A stretch of DNA of 63,728 nt, filler included, from Octopus bimaculoides (Eukaryota): assembly GCF_001194135.2 (NCBI RefSeq). It is 6 parts of 6 records of this genome, joined end to end, with 100 filler letters (N's around TTAATTAATTAA, not from the genome) between each part and the next. Parts side by side here need not be neighbours in the genome. Positions count along the whole stretch, not along the records: positions 43,693 to 56,789 come from NC_068982.1; positions 56,890 to 61,450 come from NC_069007.1; positions 61,551 to 63,728 come from NC_068998.1; 3 more parts are not named here. One strand, 5' to 3'. The position numbers were made by a program, and so were the translations under genes. The notes under the pieces were generated by a model. That model worked only from the letters and a program-made list of their open reading frames with translations, made no database searches and was not told the origin of the DNA. This document shows positions 51,406 to 63,728 of this stretch, piece after piece (within the stretch, counting starts at the first letter, position 1; every line of letters begins with the position of its first letter).

Positions 51406-52490
51406 TGGAACGACATATTGGGTAGTCTATTAAGAATTAAAGCGTGTAAAACAGAAAAGGAAATGGTTGCAGTTTGTATAAAAAGCCTTCGATCCAGCGA
51501 CGTAACAAGACTTCTCAGCGCTGGGAAGCAAAGATAGTTTTGGCGTTTCGACTTTAATTAACAAGCATGATACATCAGAAAATATAACGGTAGGTTTCTT
51601 TCAGTTTCCGTCTACCAAATCTACTTACGAAGTTTTTGGTCGGCCCGACGATTTAGCAGAAGGCACTTGCCCAAGGTGCCACGCAATGAGATTGAACGCT
51701 GAACTATGTGGCTTTGAAGCAAACTTCTTACCACACAGCCACAAGCTGGTAGTGATACCTATAAGTCATATTGCTGTGAAAAGTGTGTGCTCTAAATTTG
51801 GTGCCATTTTATGAGTTGTAGCCGTACTATTTGAGCTAGGGTGTGTCTCTAGTGTAGCCTATTAGGCCGTTGCATGTTAATACAGATCGGCAGTTAACTA
51901 AATCAACCCAATATATGATTGGTACTTTATTTCATCAGCTCCAAATTGATGAAAGCGCAAAGTTTATGTCGACAAGATTTGAACTCAGAACGGCAAACCA
52001 CCATACTTTAAACACTAAAACCAATGTTGATTACTGCAACAGCTGAGAGTCTTTTGCACCTAGTCCCCTGATATAAAATATATAATTTCCATTTCACCAT
52101 GACCAAGTACGAAAAAATTGGAGCACGCTGCTGTCCTTTGCGTTGAAGAATACAAAAAGCAATGAAGTGACGGCACCATTATGTATATGGGATTAACAAA
52201 AGTCAAGAAAGTCACTTCATCTGTAAATATATTTACAATCTAGGCGACGCCATCTTTCCTTCATAATTTCTTGCTGTCTTCTTTTTATGTTTCTTATTAT
52301 TCATGTTTGTTTATTTGAATTTTTTTGTTTGTATTCTTAGTATTTTTATAGACAGCCTGAAGTTTCTGACACATTTTATTTTACCATTAGACGTTATGTC
52401 TTTAGATTTCAAGGTAATTTTTGGCTTCTCGCAGTACGTATGTTCATTTGCGTCTTAAATTGGTGTCTATGATATACATACATACATACA

Positions 52491-52538
<48 letters not shown>

Positions 52539-52809
52539 GTATGTATGTATGTATATGTATATATATATATGTTTATATATATATCATTTGTATTATTATA
52601 TATATGTGTATATATGTATATATGCATATATATATGTATACATGTATATGCATATACATATGTATGTATTTATGTATATGTATATATATGTATATATAGA
52701 CATATATATATACATATATATACACACATATATACATATATATATGTATATATATATACATGTATATATACATATACATATTTATAAACACATATATATA
52801 CATATATAT

Positions 52810-52903
<94 letters not shown>

Positions 52904-53077
52904 ATATATATAAGATATATATATCCATATATATATATATCCACATATATAAGATATATCCACATATCCATATATAAATATCTGTGCGTCTGTGTGAGAA
53001 CGTGTGTGTGTGTATACATGTTCTTGTATAAGTGTTCATGTATACATGTGTACATACATACATACATACTTACACAC

Positions 53078-53251
53078 TAACAGAGTAGCCCAAGGTTCAA
53101 GAGTTTCGTACGTTGGCACTTCTCTAACTAGTCATAGGTCGAAGGGCTGTAGGTTTATAAAGCTGCTGATAAAAACCCACAGGCCTTGGACCTGTCACTA
53201 GTTTCATAAGTGCCAACGCACGAAACACTCAGACCTTGAGTTACTCTGTTA
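53078..53251. repeat. Inverted repeat with about 86-bp arms and a partial HHR-like motif (family E)
   Basis: Arms pair around 53164; GTGC-CAAC-GCAC-GAAAC at 53210-53226; related piece at 61372-61420. Confidence 0.8.
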
Positions 53252-53280
53252 CTAAATATCAATAAATATCATTAATAATG

Positions 53281-53324
<44 letters not shown>

Positions 53325-53832
53325 CATAATAATAATAATAAATAAATAAATAAATAAATAAAATACAAATTCTCATATTTTGAGGTCTATTTTTCTTGTT
53401 TGCATCAACATACCTGTACGTATGTATGTCATTGTTCAGTTTTATTTCAAGATTTCTTGCCAATAGAGAAAGAGTCGGTATCTAACAGATTCAAGACTCC
53501 TTCATTGGAATTTCGACATCAATAACAGTGTATTTTTGTTTGTTTGTAGGTATGTATGTATACGTGCAGTTTTGTAATGTTTTGCTTTATGTATGCATTC
53601 TCATGCATAGAGTTGTATATCTAGACATGCTCATATATTCAAATCATAAACCTCCGGAAAGTTTTACAGATTTTTAGTTCTAGTGATAGATTGATCTGTA
53701 ACCTTCGAATTAGCTTTCTTCTTGGTCTTCAGACGCCTAATTTCTCAAGGTTGATATTTAGGCAGTGTGTTACATATACCGGGATCCCTATGTATGTACA
53801 TATGAATGTATGTATATATGTATGTATGTATA

Positions 53833-53868
<36 letters not shown>

Positions 53869-53910
53869 TGTATGTATGTATGTATGTATGTATGTGTGTG
53901 TGTGTGTGCG

Positions 53911-53956
<46 letters not shown>

Positions 53957-54797
53957 ANNNNNNNNNNNNNNNNNNNNNNNNNNNNNNNNNNNNNNNNNNN
54001 NNNNNNNNNNNNNNNNNNNNNNNNNNNNNNNNNNNNNNNNNNNNNNNNNNNNNNNNNNNNNNNNNNNNNNNNNNNNNNNNNNNNNNNNNNNNNNNNNNNN
54101 NNNNNNNNNNNNNNNNNNNNNNNNNNNNNNNNNNNNNNNNNNNNNNNNNNNNNNNNNNNNNNNNNNNNNNNNNNNNNNNNNNNNNNNNNNNNNNNNNNNN
54201 NNNNNNNNNNNNNNNNNNNNNNNNNNNNNNNNNNNNNNNNNNNNNNNNNNNNNNNNNNNNNNNNNNNNNNNNNNNNNNNNNNNNNNNNNNNNNNNNNNNN
54301 NNNNNNNNNNNNNNNNNNNNNNNNNNNNNNNNNNNNNNNNNNNNNNNNNNNNNNNNNNNNNNNNNNNNNNNNNNNNNNNNNNNNNNNNNNNNNNNNNNNN
54401 NNNNNNNNNNNNNNNNNNNNNNNNNNNNNNNNNNNNNNNNNNAAAAATGAAAATAATACTGACAATTCATTTTAACAGATATATTTACCAAAATTACATA
54501 AAAATATCTTGAAATACTAAAAAGTAAATTTATTCAATAAAATCGCCATTGGCTTCAACCACGGCCTCCAGACAACTTCGGAATCTCTTGCAACTCTTCT
54601 GGACAGTCTCCTTGTTTAAGTTGGTGAATGGAGGCATAACGTCACCATCACTAGTGATCACTCCAAACACCATGATGTTGACTGGATGTTTGGTTTTTAT
54701 CACTCTTGATACATGTCCTCAGATTGCACTGCCCTCATGCATGCACAATCATACATACATACATATATATATGTATGTATGTATGTTCATATGTGTG

Positions 54798-54837
<40 letters not shown>

Positions 54838-54847
54838 NNNNNNNNNN

Positions 54848-54889
<42 letters not shown>

Positions 54890-55678
54890 ATATGTCATAT
54901 ATATAAATATAGATTAGAAATGGGAACCAAAATAATAATTTGAATATATATATATGTTATCTAGCCTTTATTTATAAATTATGAATTAAGAAATTACGTT
55001 AAATTATTTTATAACCTTTTATTTTGAATTAATTAATATATAAAACGTATTTTATAGATAGATATATGTATATATGTATACATATAGAATTGTACATGTT
55101 TGTGTGATATATATCAATATATATATGGATAAGTGTATGTATATATATATATATATATATAATTTTTATTAAAAAATTATGTATGCATTGGCTCATGTAT
55201 GTGAGGGTTTGTATATATATGTATATATGAGTATATGTATATATATATGTACATGTATATGTATACGTGTAGATATATGTGCACGTGTGAGTGTGGGTAT
55301 ATATGTATCGATATGCATATGTATATGTGTGTGAGTGAATGTATAACGTGAAAATATGGCGTGTTTATCTTGTTTAATTTGTTGTCGTTATTCCTATTTG
55401 GGACATTTACTTGTATTTGTATTACTTTGGTTTTGTTGGATGTATTTAGATTGTTTTTCGTTGTCCGTATCGATTTGGTTTCGTTTTTCGTTTTGGTTCT
55501 AAAAATGGATAAATAGTTATCTACCCATTATTTACCTTAAACTATAACTTGAATAAATTGTAAATTTGATTTATATTATAAATTCCTTTATTTAGATTTG
55601 AATTGATATATAAACTAGTGTTTTACCTTAAATGTATATACAAATGTGTATGGAATTGAATATGTATACATGTTGTAA

Positions 55679-55721
<43 letters not shown>

Positions 55722-55809
55722 TAAGTAAACTTGTGTATGTGAAAATGCATGTATGTATACGTACTTGTATGTGTATATATATACAAAAATGGATAGGTGT
55801 ATGTGTGTA

Positions 55810-55841
<32 letters not shown>

Positions 55842-56038
55842 CATATGTCTATATGAATGAGTGTATTATGTAACAAAATCGGTTATAGAACTACATACTA
55901 ATAGATTTAAATTTACGAAATTTCAGTTAGATTATTTATTTATGATTAAGCTCGCTCTTAAAAAGCGATTTTTTTTAAAGAGCGTTAGCAGTTATAAAAA
56001 TGTTCAGCTGCTATTTTTCGTAAGATATTTAAGAAGAT

Positions 56039-56137
56039 ATGTCTGTCTGATGAAACCTTATTTAATTTAAAAAGATATTTTGTTATTCTTGAAAAACTTG
56101 TTTTTATTAATGGTGTAGAAACAGCTGTAATTTACAT
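56039..56137 (+). ncRNA. Type I hammerhead ribozyme motif (family B), core intact
   Basis: CTGATGA (56047-53)-AT-rich stem II-GAAAC-AGCT-GTA (56118-29); stem I ATGTCTGT/ATTTACAT with internal mismatches. Confidence 0.6.
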
Positions 56138-57062
56138 GTTTCATTTGTTTGTATAAAATATTAAAATTGAATTGAATTTATCATTTAAGGATTAAATTAT
56201 TTAAATGTTCAATTTATTATTTTGATATTCATTTCTAATTCCTATATTGATAAATTGTATATTTATTTTATTTATATATTTACCTATTTGTGATGAGAGA
56301 TAGTTCACAACATTGTTATTTATATAGGTAAAAAAAAACCCAGTAAATTCTTTGGATATTTAATACCCCTTAGGTGGTTATTTAATACCTAACTAAATAT
56401 ATATACATATATATATATGTATATATATGGAAAAAAGACAAAGTAGAAAATGCTAAAATACTTTTATAAAGAACCTTACAGTACAGGTTTCAATCCTTGA
56501 GATCTTTTCAACAGTAAATATGAATAATAAATTTTTGAAAAATTATTGAAAAATTAAATTTTGCTAAATTTAAAAGAAAAGTCTTTTTAAAGACATATTT
56601 ATACAGTATTCAAATAACAGGGGCATTTTTCTCGTTTCTGTCTGTCTCTATTTCACTTGTTAACTCTTGTGGCACCTTGGGCAAGTGTCTTCTACTATAG
56701 CCTCGGGCCGACCAAAGCCTTGTGAGTGGATTTGGTAGACGGAAACTGAAAGAAGCCCGTCGTATATATATGTATATATATGGAAAAAANNNNNNNNNNN
56801 NNNNNNNNNNNNNNNNNNNNNNNNNNNNNNNNNTTAATTAATTAANNNNNNNNNNNNNNNNNNNNNNNNNNNNNNNNNNNNNNNNNNNNGAGGAGGAGGA
56901 GGAGGAGGAGGAGGATAGTGGTGATGATTGTGGTGATGATGATGATGATAATGGTGATGGTGATGCTGCCAATTATAATACTAATAAAAATAACAATAAC
57001 ATGAATAATAAAACTAGTAAAACCAAACAGGAGAAGCAATAGCAACAACAACATTACTACTA

Positions 57063-57100
<38 letters not shown>

Positions 57101-57521
57101 ATGATAATAATAAGAATAAAATAGGAAGAAGAGGAAGAAGAAAAACAACAATAACAAAAAACTACAGTAACAACAGCAGCGCCAGTAATAGTGATGATGA
57201 CGATGATGATGATAACTATGAGAATGGTGGAGATTGTGATAATGATAAGAATGGTGATCATGATGATAATAAAAGTGGTGATGATGATGATGATGATGAT
57301 GATGATAGTAACAATAGTTCTTCCACCAAAACAACGAGCAAAAAAAAAAGAAGGAAACAAAAACAAACATATATGTGGGAAAGTAATATATGTCTTTGAT
57401 TTCCTCTAAATTCGAAGAACTGTTTGTTTTTTTGTAAACAATGTCTGCAGAAAAGATTTAGCATTATCTCAATGTCACCATTATTATTTTTATTATTAAT
57501 TTTAGTAACTTTTTATTTAAA

Positions 57522-57592
<71 letters not shown>

Positions 57593-59450
57593 GCACAAAT
57601 ACCTAGATGATGTTGATAAAAGTTCCAATGAAGGAGCCTTGAATCTATGTTAGAGTCCGGCTCTTTCTCTATGGACAAGAAATACAGAAATGAAACTGAT
57701 TGATAGCATACATACATACATACATACATACATACACACACACACATACATACATACACACACACATATACATACATACATACGTACGTACGTATATATG
57801 TATATGCATGTATTCAGTCACAAATCAGAAACTCGCGCGGATAGACGTATACGCTGCCAAAGACACTGGAATATTCATGTACTTGAGATGTTTTCGTATT
57901 TTCCTTTCAGAAAATATTTGGCACCGTCTTTCCACCCGAATATCCAAGTATATCATTGTTAGTAGATGTTTTGATAGCCTACACTTCAGTAAATCAATCA
58001 GTAAATCAGACCTTGCTTGAAATTGATTGACAGAAGACAGTGCAGAAGTTGACTGTGTATTCTTTTATTCTTTTATTCTTTTATTTGTTTCAGTCATTTG
58101 ACTGCGGCCATGGGTAGAAATATATGAAGGACCAGTCAAAATCCAAACCACAGTTTGGATTTTTATTTGCTGCCGACAAAAACTGCGCTTGCGTGGTGGA
58201 TTTGAAAAATTATAATATATAAAGACGAGGCATGCACTATTCTGCCTCATAATTATATGTTGACATTTGCCGTACCTAAGGCTCCATGAGGATCCGGCAG
58301 GGGATGGTGGCGAACCCTGCTGTACTCTTTCACCACAACTTTCTCTCACTCTTTCTTCCTATTTCTGTTGTACCTGTATTTCAAAGGGCCAGTTTTGTCA
58401 CACTCTGTGTCATGCTGAATATCCCCGAGAACTACGTTAAGGGTACACGTGTTTGTGGAGTGCTCAGCCACTTGCACGTTAATTTCAACTGGAACCCTCG
58501 TCGTCGCAACCGACGGAGTGCCAACCACATATATATGTATAAATGTATCTCTCTCTATATATATATATGTCTGAAAGCGTGTATGTTCTGTATCAAGGTT
58601 TATGTTTACCAGTCTAAAAACATAAACATCAGTGAAAATAGTACCTTAGTGATTCGATAAGTAGAGATCGATGAATAATTCTCATACGATCGAGTAAATA
58701 CGTTGAAGGCATTGGTGTATCCAGCTAATCAATAAATGATTAAATGATAACAGTGATTATAAATTTATAAATAAAAAAAAAACAACAAAAGCTACAAATA
58801 AAGTATCACCCATGCATCCAAGCATACATTTCGCTACATGAATATATACACATATGCATACATGATGAAACATGTGCATACATGCATACATACATGCATA
58901 TATATGTATGTACATGTATACACACATATGGGTAGAGATACATATTTATATAGACCGAGCAGAAATGTGTCAATGGTAATTATATGCTTGTAAAGTGATA
59001 ATTGATGTAAGGGTAGCGTAAATTTGGCATTTGTGTAGTGTCTTAATATCTCTCTATCTCTCTATCACTCTATCTATCTATACATGCATACATACATAAA
59101 TACATACATACATATATACATACATGCATGCATANNNNNNNNNNNNNNNNNNNNNNNNNNNNNNNNNNNNNNNNNNNNNNNNNNNNNNNNNNNNNNNNNN
59201 NNNNNNNNNNNNNNNNNNNNNNNNNNNNNNNNNNATATATATATATATATATATACATATATACACACACACACATACATACATGCTTATATAGATAGAT
59301 GGGCTATTTGTTGCCACAGAGATTTATATATTCTGTCTGTCTGTATTTCTCACTCACTCACTATCTGTCTGACTATTTGTCTGTCTGTCTCTTTGCCTCT
59401 TAGACTGTCTCTCTCTGTCTCTTACTCTCTCTTCTTCTTCTTCTTCTTCT

Positions 59451-59500
<50 letters not shown>

Positions 59501-59549
59501 ACACCAACAGACGGGGTACACGCACGTCTCGTTATCATTTTATCGTCAG

Positions 59550-59708
59550 TATGTACAGAACCTCACTCAGCAAAGAATAAAATCAATAGAAAATACAACA
59601 GATGGCTTTGATCCTGCCAACGTCGACATGACCAACAACTACAACAACATTACGGTGGAAGAAGAAGAAGAGGAGGAGCAAGAAGAAGAGGAGGAGCAAC
59701 CGGAAAGA
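59550..59708 (+). CDS. Speculative acidic coding exon
   Basis: Acceptor ttatcattttatcgtcag, open 53 codons YVQNLTQQRIK...EEEEEEEQEEEEEQPER, weak donor AGA|gtaaag; the E-run may be simple repeat. Confidence 0.15.
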
Positions 59709-59844
59709 GTAAAGTTGGGAGAGAAGGAGGTTGTCAACACAGTATTCAAACAAAAATAATTCTAGATTTTCAAGTGGCTATTTGTAATATTTGCGAGTGA
59801 TTTAATATGGTGTATTCTCGACTGAGAGTTGGACCTCACCTATT

Positions 59845-59912
<68 letters not shown>

Positions 59913-60825
59913 CCTCTCTCGAAGTTGTCTTACATCCCTCCTGGATCGACCAATTCAAATCCCACCAACTTCAGATTTGCTTTTCATCCCTCCAGGGTCG
60001 ATTTATTAAACCCTTCCCAGATCAAATTTGTCTTTCTTCGCAGAAAAATACCCGTACTGGTGTTAATCGGAATGGCGAATGAAATCTGCTACCCTTAGAG
60101 GCTTCGGCAGGATTTGAACTTGGGGCGTCAAAAATACCAGAACATATGACACAAGACATACTTCCCGATGGTCCAAATATTTTGCCATACCAGTATCCTA
60201 CACTGGGACAATTATTTTATTGACTCCACCAGAAGAATGGAGAGGAAAGTTGGCTTCGTTGAGATTTGAAATCGCAACAAAAGAATCGGGATAAATATTC
60301 CAGTTTTTTCGTCTGGCCCGCTAAAGCGTTACTTAAAGGCTTAAAATCCTCTTCGCAGACACAAAAAAAAAGCATTAAAAGAATTTCCTATTATATCGTC
60401 TGGTGCTTTAGTGAATTTGCCAATTCAGTGCCAAAACATTAATCAAATGTTTAAAATACTTACTCTCCACAAACAGAAGCATATAGAAGAATCTGATATG
60501 ATATTTGAATCGATGTGCATGGTATCACAGAATGTAAAATATAATCAGCAGAAATAAAAGACCCCTTCCTTGGTTTTCAATAGACACACTTGAAATTAGT
60601 ACGGTTGATCTTTCTGTTTCTTTCTTTTATTTTTTTTTTTTTTTTTTTTGGTTTTGCTTCCTAGCTTGGAAAGAAAAGAAAATCTTTGGAAGTAACAAGA
60701 ATTGAACAAGTTGTCAATCTGTTCAAACGTGACATCCATCTATCGAATCGATTCCTGAAACTTACCAGTCCAGTGGCGACCCGCTTAGGGCTTCTGCTGT
60801 CAACAAGTGATTGTTTCTCTGCCAG

Positions 60826-60900
60826 AGATCAAAGCAAGTTTCGTTGAATGAGGAAGAATTGTTCAATGAATTCTTTGGAAAACGGTCCGACAATGAATAA
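60826..60900 (+). CDS. Candidate terminal exon of a neuropeptide precursor (RSKQVSLNEEELFNEFFGKRSDNE*)
   Basis: Acceptor tgattgtttctctgccag with an in-frame stop upstream; amidation/cleavage signal GKR; FNEFF resembles fulicin FNEFV. Confidence 0.25.
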   Translation, partial: RSKQVSLNEEELFNEFFGKRSDNE

Positions 60901-62062
60901 CAATGAATAACAATGGGTATTGCAATTGCTACTTGAAAGGAACGTACCAACGCAGTGAGATATAGAGTGTGAAATTGTGGTCGGCATTTGTACACTGAAC
61001 GTGATCTCCTCAGTTCCCAGTCAAGCAGAATCAGATTGACATGGTAAGACTAGACTATACATTCATACATACACACACACATGCACACACACGTACATAC
61101 ATAATACATACATACATACATATACATACGTACATACATATATACACATACGTACATACATATATACACATACGTACATACATACAGAAGAGGTGCTTGG
61201 CTTAGCTGGTTAGGGTGTTGGACTCATAATCGTCAGATTGTTGTTTCGATTCCTGGACTGGGCGATGCGTTCTGTTCTTTAGCCAAACACTTCATTTCAC
61301 CCAGCTGGCACAAATTAGTAAACCTGCGACACACACACACACACACACACATACATACAGCGTGAGAGAATTTGATAAGTACCAACGCACGAAACTTTGG
61401 GCCACTGAGTTACTGTGTAGCTTCAGCCAATTATATATATATATATATATNNNNNNNNNNNNNNNNNNNNNNNNNNNNNNNNNNNNNNNNNNNNTTAATT
61501 AATTAANNNNNNNNNNNNNNNNNNNNNNNNNNNNNNNNNNNNNNNNNNNNCTGCCATTAAAATCAATCAGTTGCTAAGACAAGCGGCACACACGCACGCC
61601 CACACACGTCCATTTGATATAGACGTACATACATCTGTTACTTTCTTTCTCTGTTCTTTTCGCTTATCTTCAATCAACTACCGTAAAAGTTTTATACTGT
61701 TACGTCAAATTTTCTAAACGTGTGTGTGTACCTTCACTCACTCACTCTATCTCTCTTTCTCACCCTCTTTCTCTGTCACATACACACGCGCAAGCACGCA
61801 CGCGCGCGTACACACACAAGCACACCAACACAGACACACACACACAAATCCATTTCATATAGACGTACATACTTCTTTCACACATTCACTCTCTCTTTTT
61901 TACTCTCTTTCTCTCTCACACACACCCAATCGCACGCACACACGCTCGCGCGTGCGTTTCTAACTCACGCGCACATGCGCGTTTCTAAATATAATTGCTC
62001 ATTCACAATTACGTTTATGTCGGTGGTGACAATATCGTACCAAAAATTCTTTTTAAACGTTC

Positions 62063-62224
62063 TGGCGTTTTGTTTTTAAAAAAAACAATGCAAAAACCGG
62101 TGAACTCTTCCTTTCTTCGAGGCATCCTATCAAGAAATTTTGAAATTCAATAAAACCTAATAAAATTAAATAAAAATATTACCTCAATGGTTTTTGCGTT
62201 GGTTTTTTTAAAAACAAAACGCCA
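62063..62224. mobile_element. MITE-like element with 36-bp inverted ends
   Basis: 62063-62098 and 62189-62224 differ at two positions; 90-bp AT-rich spacer; no TSD seen. Confidence 0.65.
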
Positions 62225-62357
62225 ATGGCGACCTTTCGGTACTAGACCCCCCATAACCTCCGAAAGGCTTTTGCTATGCGTTCACTACGTGCAAGCAAGA
62301 GAGCTGAACGAGCTGAGCGTCGGCGTGCACGCGCTGCTACTTCCGAGTCAAATAGCC

Positions 62358-62371
62358 GTTGCTATAGAAAC
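62358..62371. promoter_or_regulatory. RFX X-box-like motif; ETS-like ACTTCCG at 62339-62345; second X-box-like GTTACTCATGGCAAC at 62690-62704
   Basis: Motif matches in a locally CpG-rich patch; may lie inside Helitron sequence. Confidence 0.25.
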
Positions 62372-62491
62372 AGTTAACAGTTTTAGCGTCTCAGGAATAT
62401 TTAATGCCTTAACCAAAAGTAACAACCCCATACACTCAACAAACATCTCCACAACTTAACAGTCCAAGTTAACTCTCTTCACCTATACAAA

Positions 62492-62524
62492 CCGTCCAAT
62501 GGACGGAGGGGTGTCGTCTGCTAG
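62492..62524 (+). mobile_element. Helitron 3' terminus
   Basis: Hairpin CCGTCC-AAT-GGACGG, 14-nt spacer, then CTAG followed by T. Confidence 0.65.
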
Positions 62525-63728
62525 TATATATAAATATATAATCCGTTCTGTCTGTCTTTTTGTGCTCTTATAACTCGAGTATTGTTCATCTGATCGCGCT
62601 GAAATTTTAAACATGGATACATAATCTAGAAAGATTTTCAAAATTGTCAGGTTCAATGTGAGAATCGCTTTCACCATTAAAAGCAACGAGTTACTCATGG
62701 CAACAAGGGGAGTACAAGATGACAGTCAGCCAAAACTGTAGCTATGCTGTCTCTCCTTTCCTCTCTCTGTCTGTTTCTCTCTATACGTAGAAGGCTCAAT
62801 ACGATTATCTTAAAGCAACAGTTGTCAAATGTAAAAAGACAAAGAACTGTTAATACATACATATATACAGAAGACAGTAAGGTGTGATTTGAGGGAGATT
62901 TGGCTGTTATTTCTAGCAGATCTAGCTACCATGTAGACGTCTCCCTCATTGGCTCATCTAATGTATATATNNNNNNNNNNNNNNNNNNNNNNNNNNNNNN
63001 TTATTACACTAGTGTTTTTCCTTCGTATTACCAAGTGCGATAAACGGGTGCGGGTAAAAGGATATTTTACCCTTAATTTATATAGCAATAAGAACATGGA
63101 GGGGAATTGGTGGTATTCATCAAATTGCAGACATTGTATTGTGTCAATTTACCTGTTTATTTGTTAACTAAGAGGACAATAATAGCAATATGCAAACACA
63201 TGCGACATATTATGTCATATCAGTAATTTAAAAAAGGACATCTAGTGACTATATATATATATATATATATATAAATTCCTTATCCATTCCAAAACCGAGT
63301 TACAGATTTTGACGTATGGAGTATCAAAAGATTCAGTACTATTTCGGCTACAAATTAAACTTGAATTCCATTCACATATTTGCATTTCAAAAATTTATCA
63401 TTATAATCTTGTTCCATAAATCAACCATCGTAAACGTTTCATACACTGACGTCACATTTGCGATGTGTGCGTGCACCTTGAAAGACATCAATCACCACGA
63501 CGCACGCCACTCACTCACTCTATATCTCTCTCACACACACGCGCACGCACATGCACTCACACACACGCACACACACATGCACATACACTCACACACTCAC
63601 ACATTCATTTCATACACGGAATGAGCGGGAGAAACACAAAATGAGCCACAATTACCAGTTAATAATTATCGCAGCAGTTGCAAGGTATTTACAGTTACAT
63701 ATTTACCCCTAAATTAACATATATATAT

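Overview
AT-rich animal genomic DNA with many N gaps, saturated with (TA)n/(CA)n/(GA)n/(AAT)n microsatellites, tRNA-derived SINEs and decayed transposons. The repeat types point to a cephalopod, probably Octopus (inference). No intact host gene can be supported; most ORFs in the track are microsatellite or gap read-through. Recognisable content: RTE LINEs (one 2.3-kb copy plus fragments), an R4-clade remnant, a CR1-type 3' end, Penelope-like RT and GIY-YIG remnants, Tc1 and mariner remnants, a decayed MULE with both TIRs, hAT-, Helitron- and foldback-like pieces, and two SINE families. The main result is a set of type I hammerhead ribozyme (HHR) motifs from at least four different sequence families (about 10.0, 10.3, 22.8/23.2, 35.1/35.3 and 56.1 kb), several as inverted pairs. 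One family is a head-to-head element in which a tRNA-like Pol III head is joined through (AAT)n to a minimal HHR. A weaker lead is a candidate terminal exon at 60.8 kb encoding ...EEELFNEFF-GKR, resembling a fulicin/TRH-type amidated neuropeptide. All motifs were read by eye; coordinates of decayed elements are approximate.
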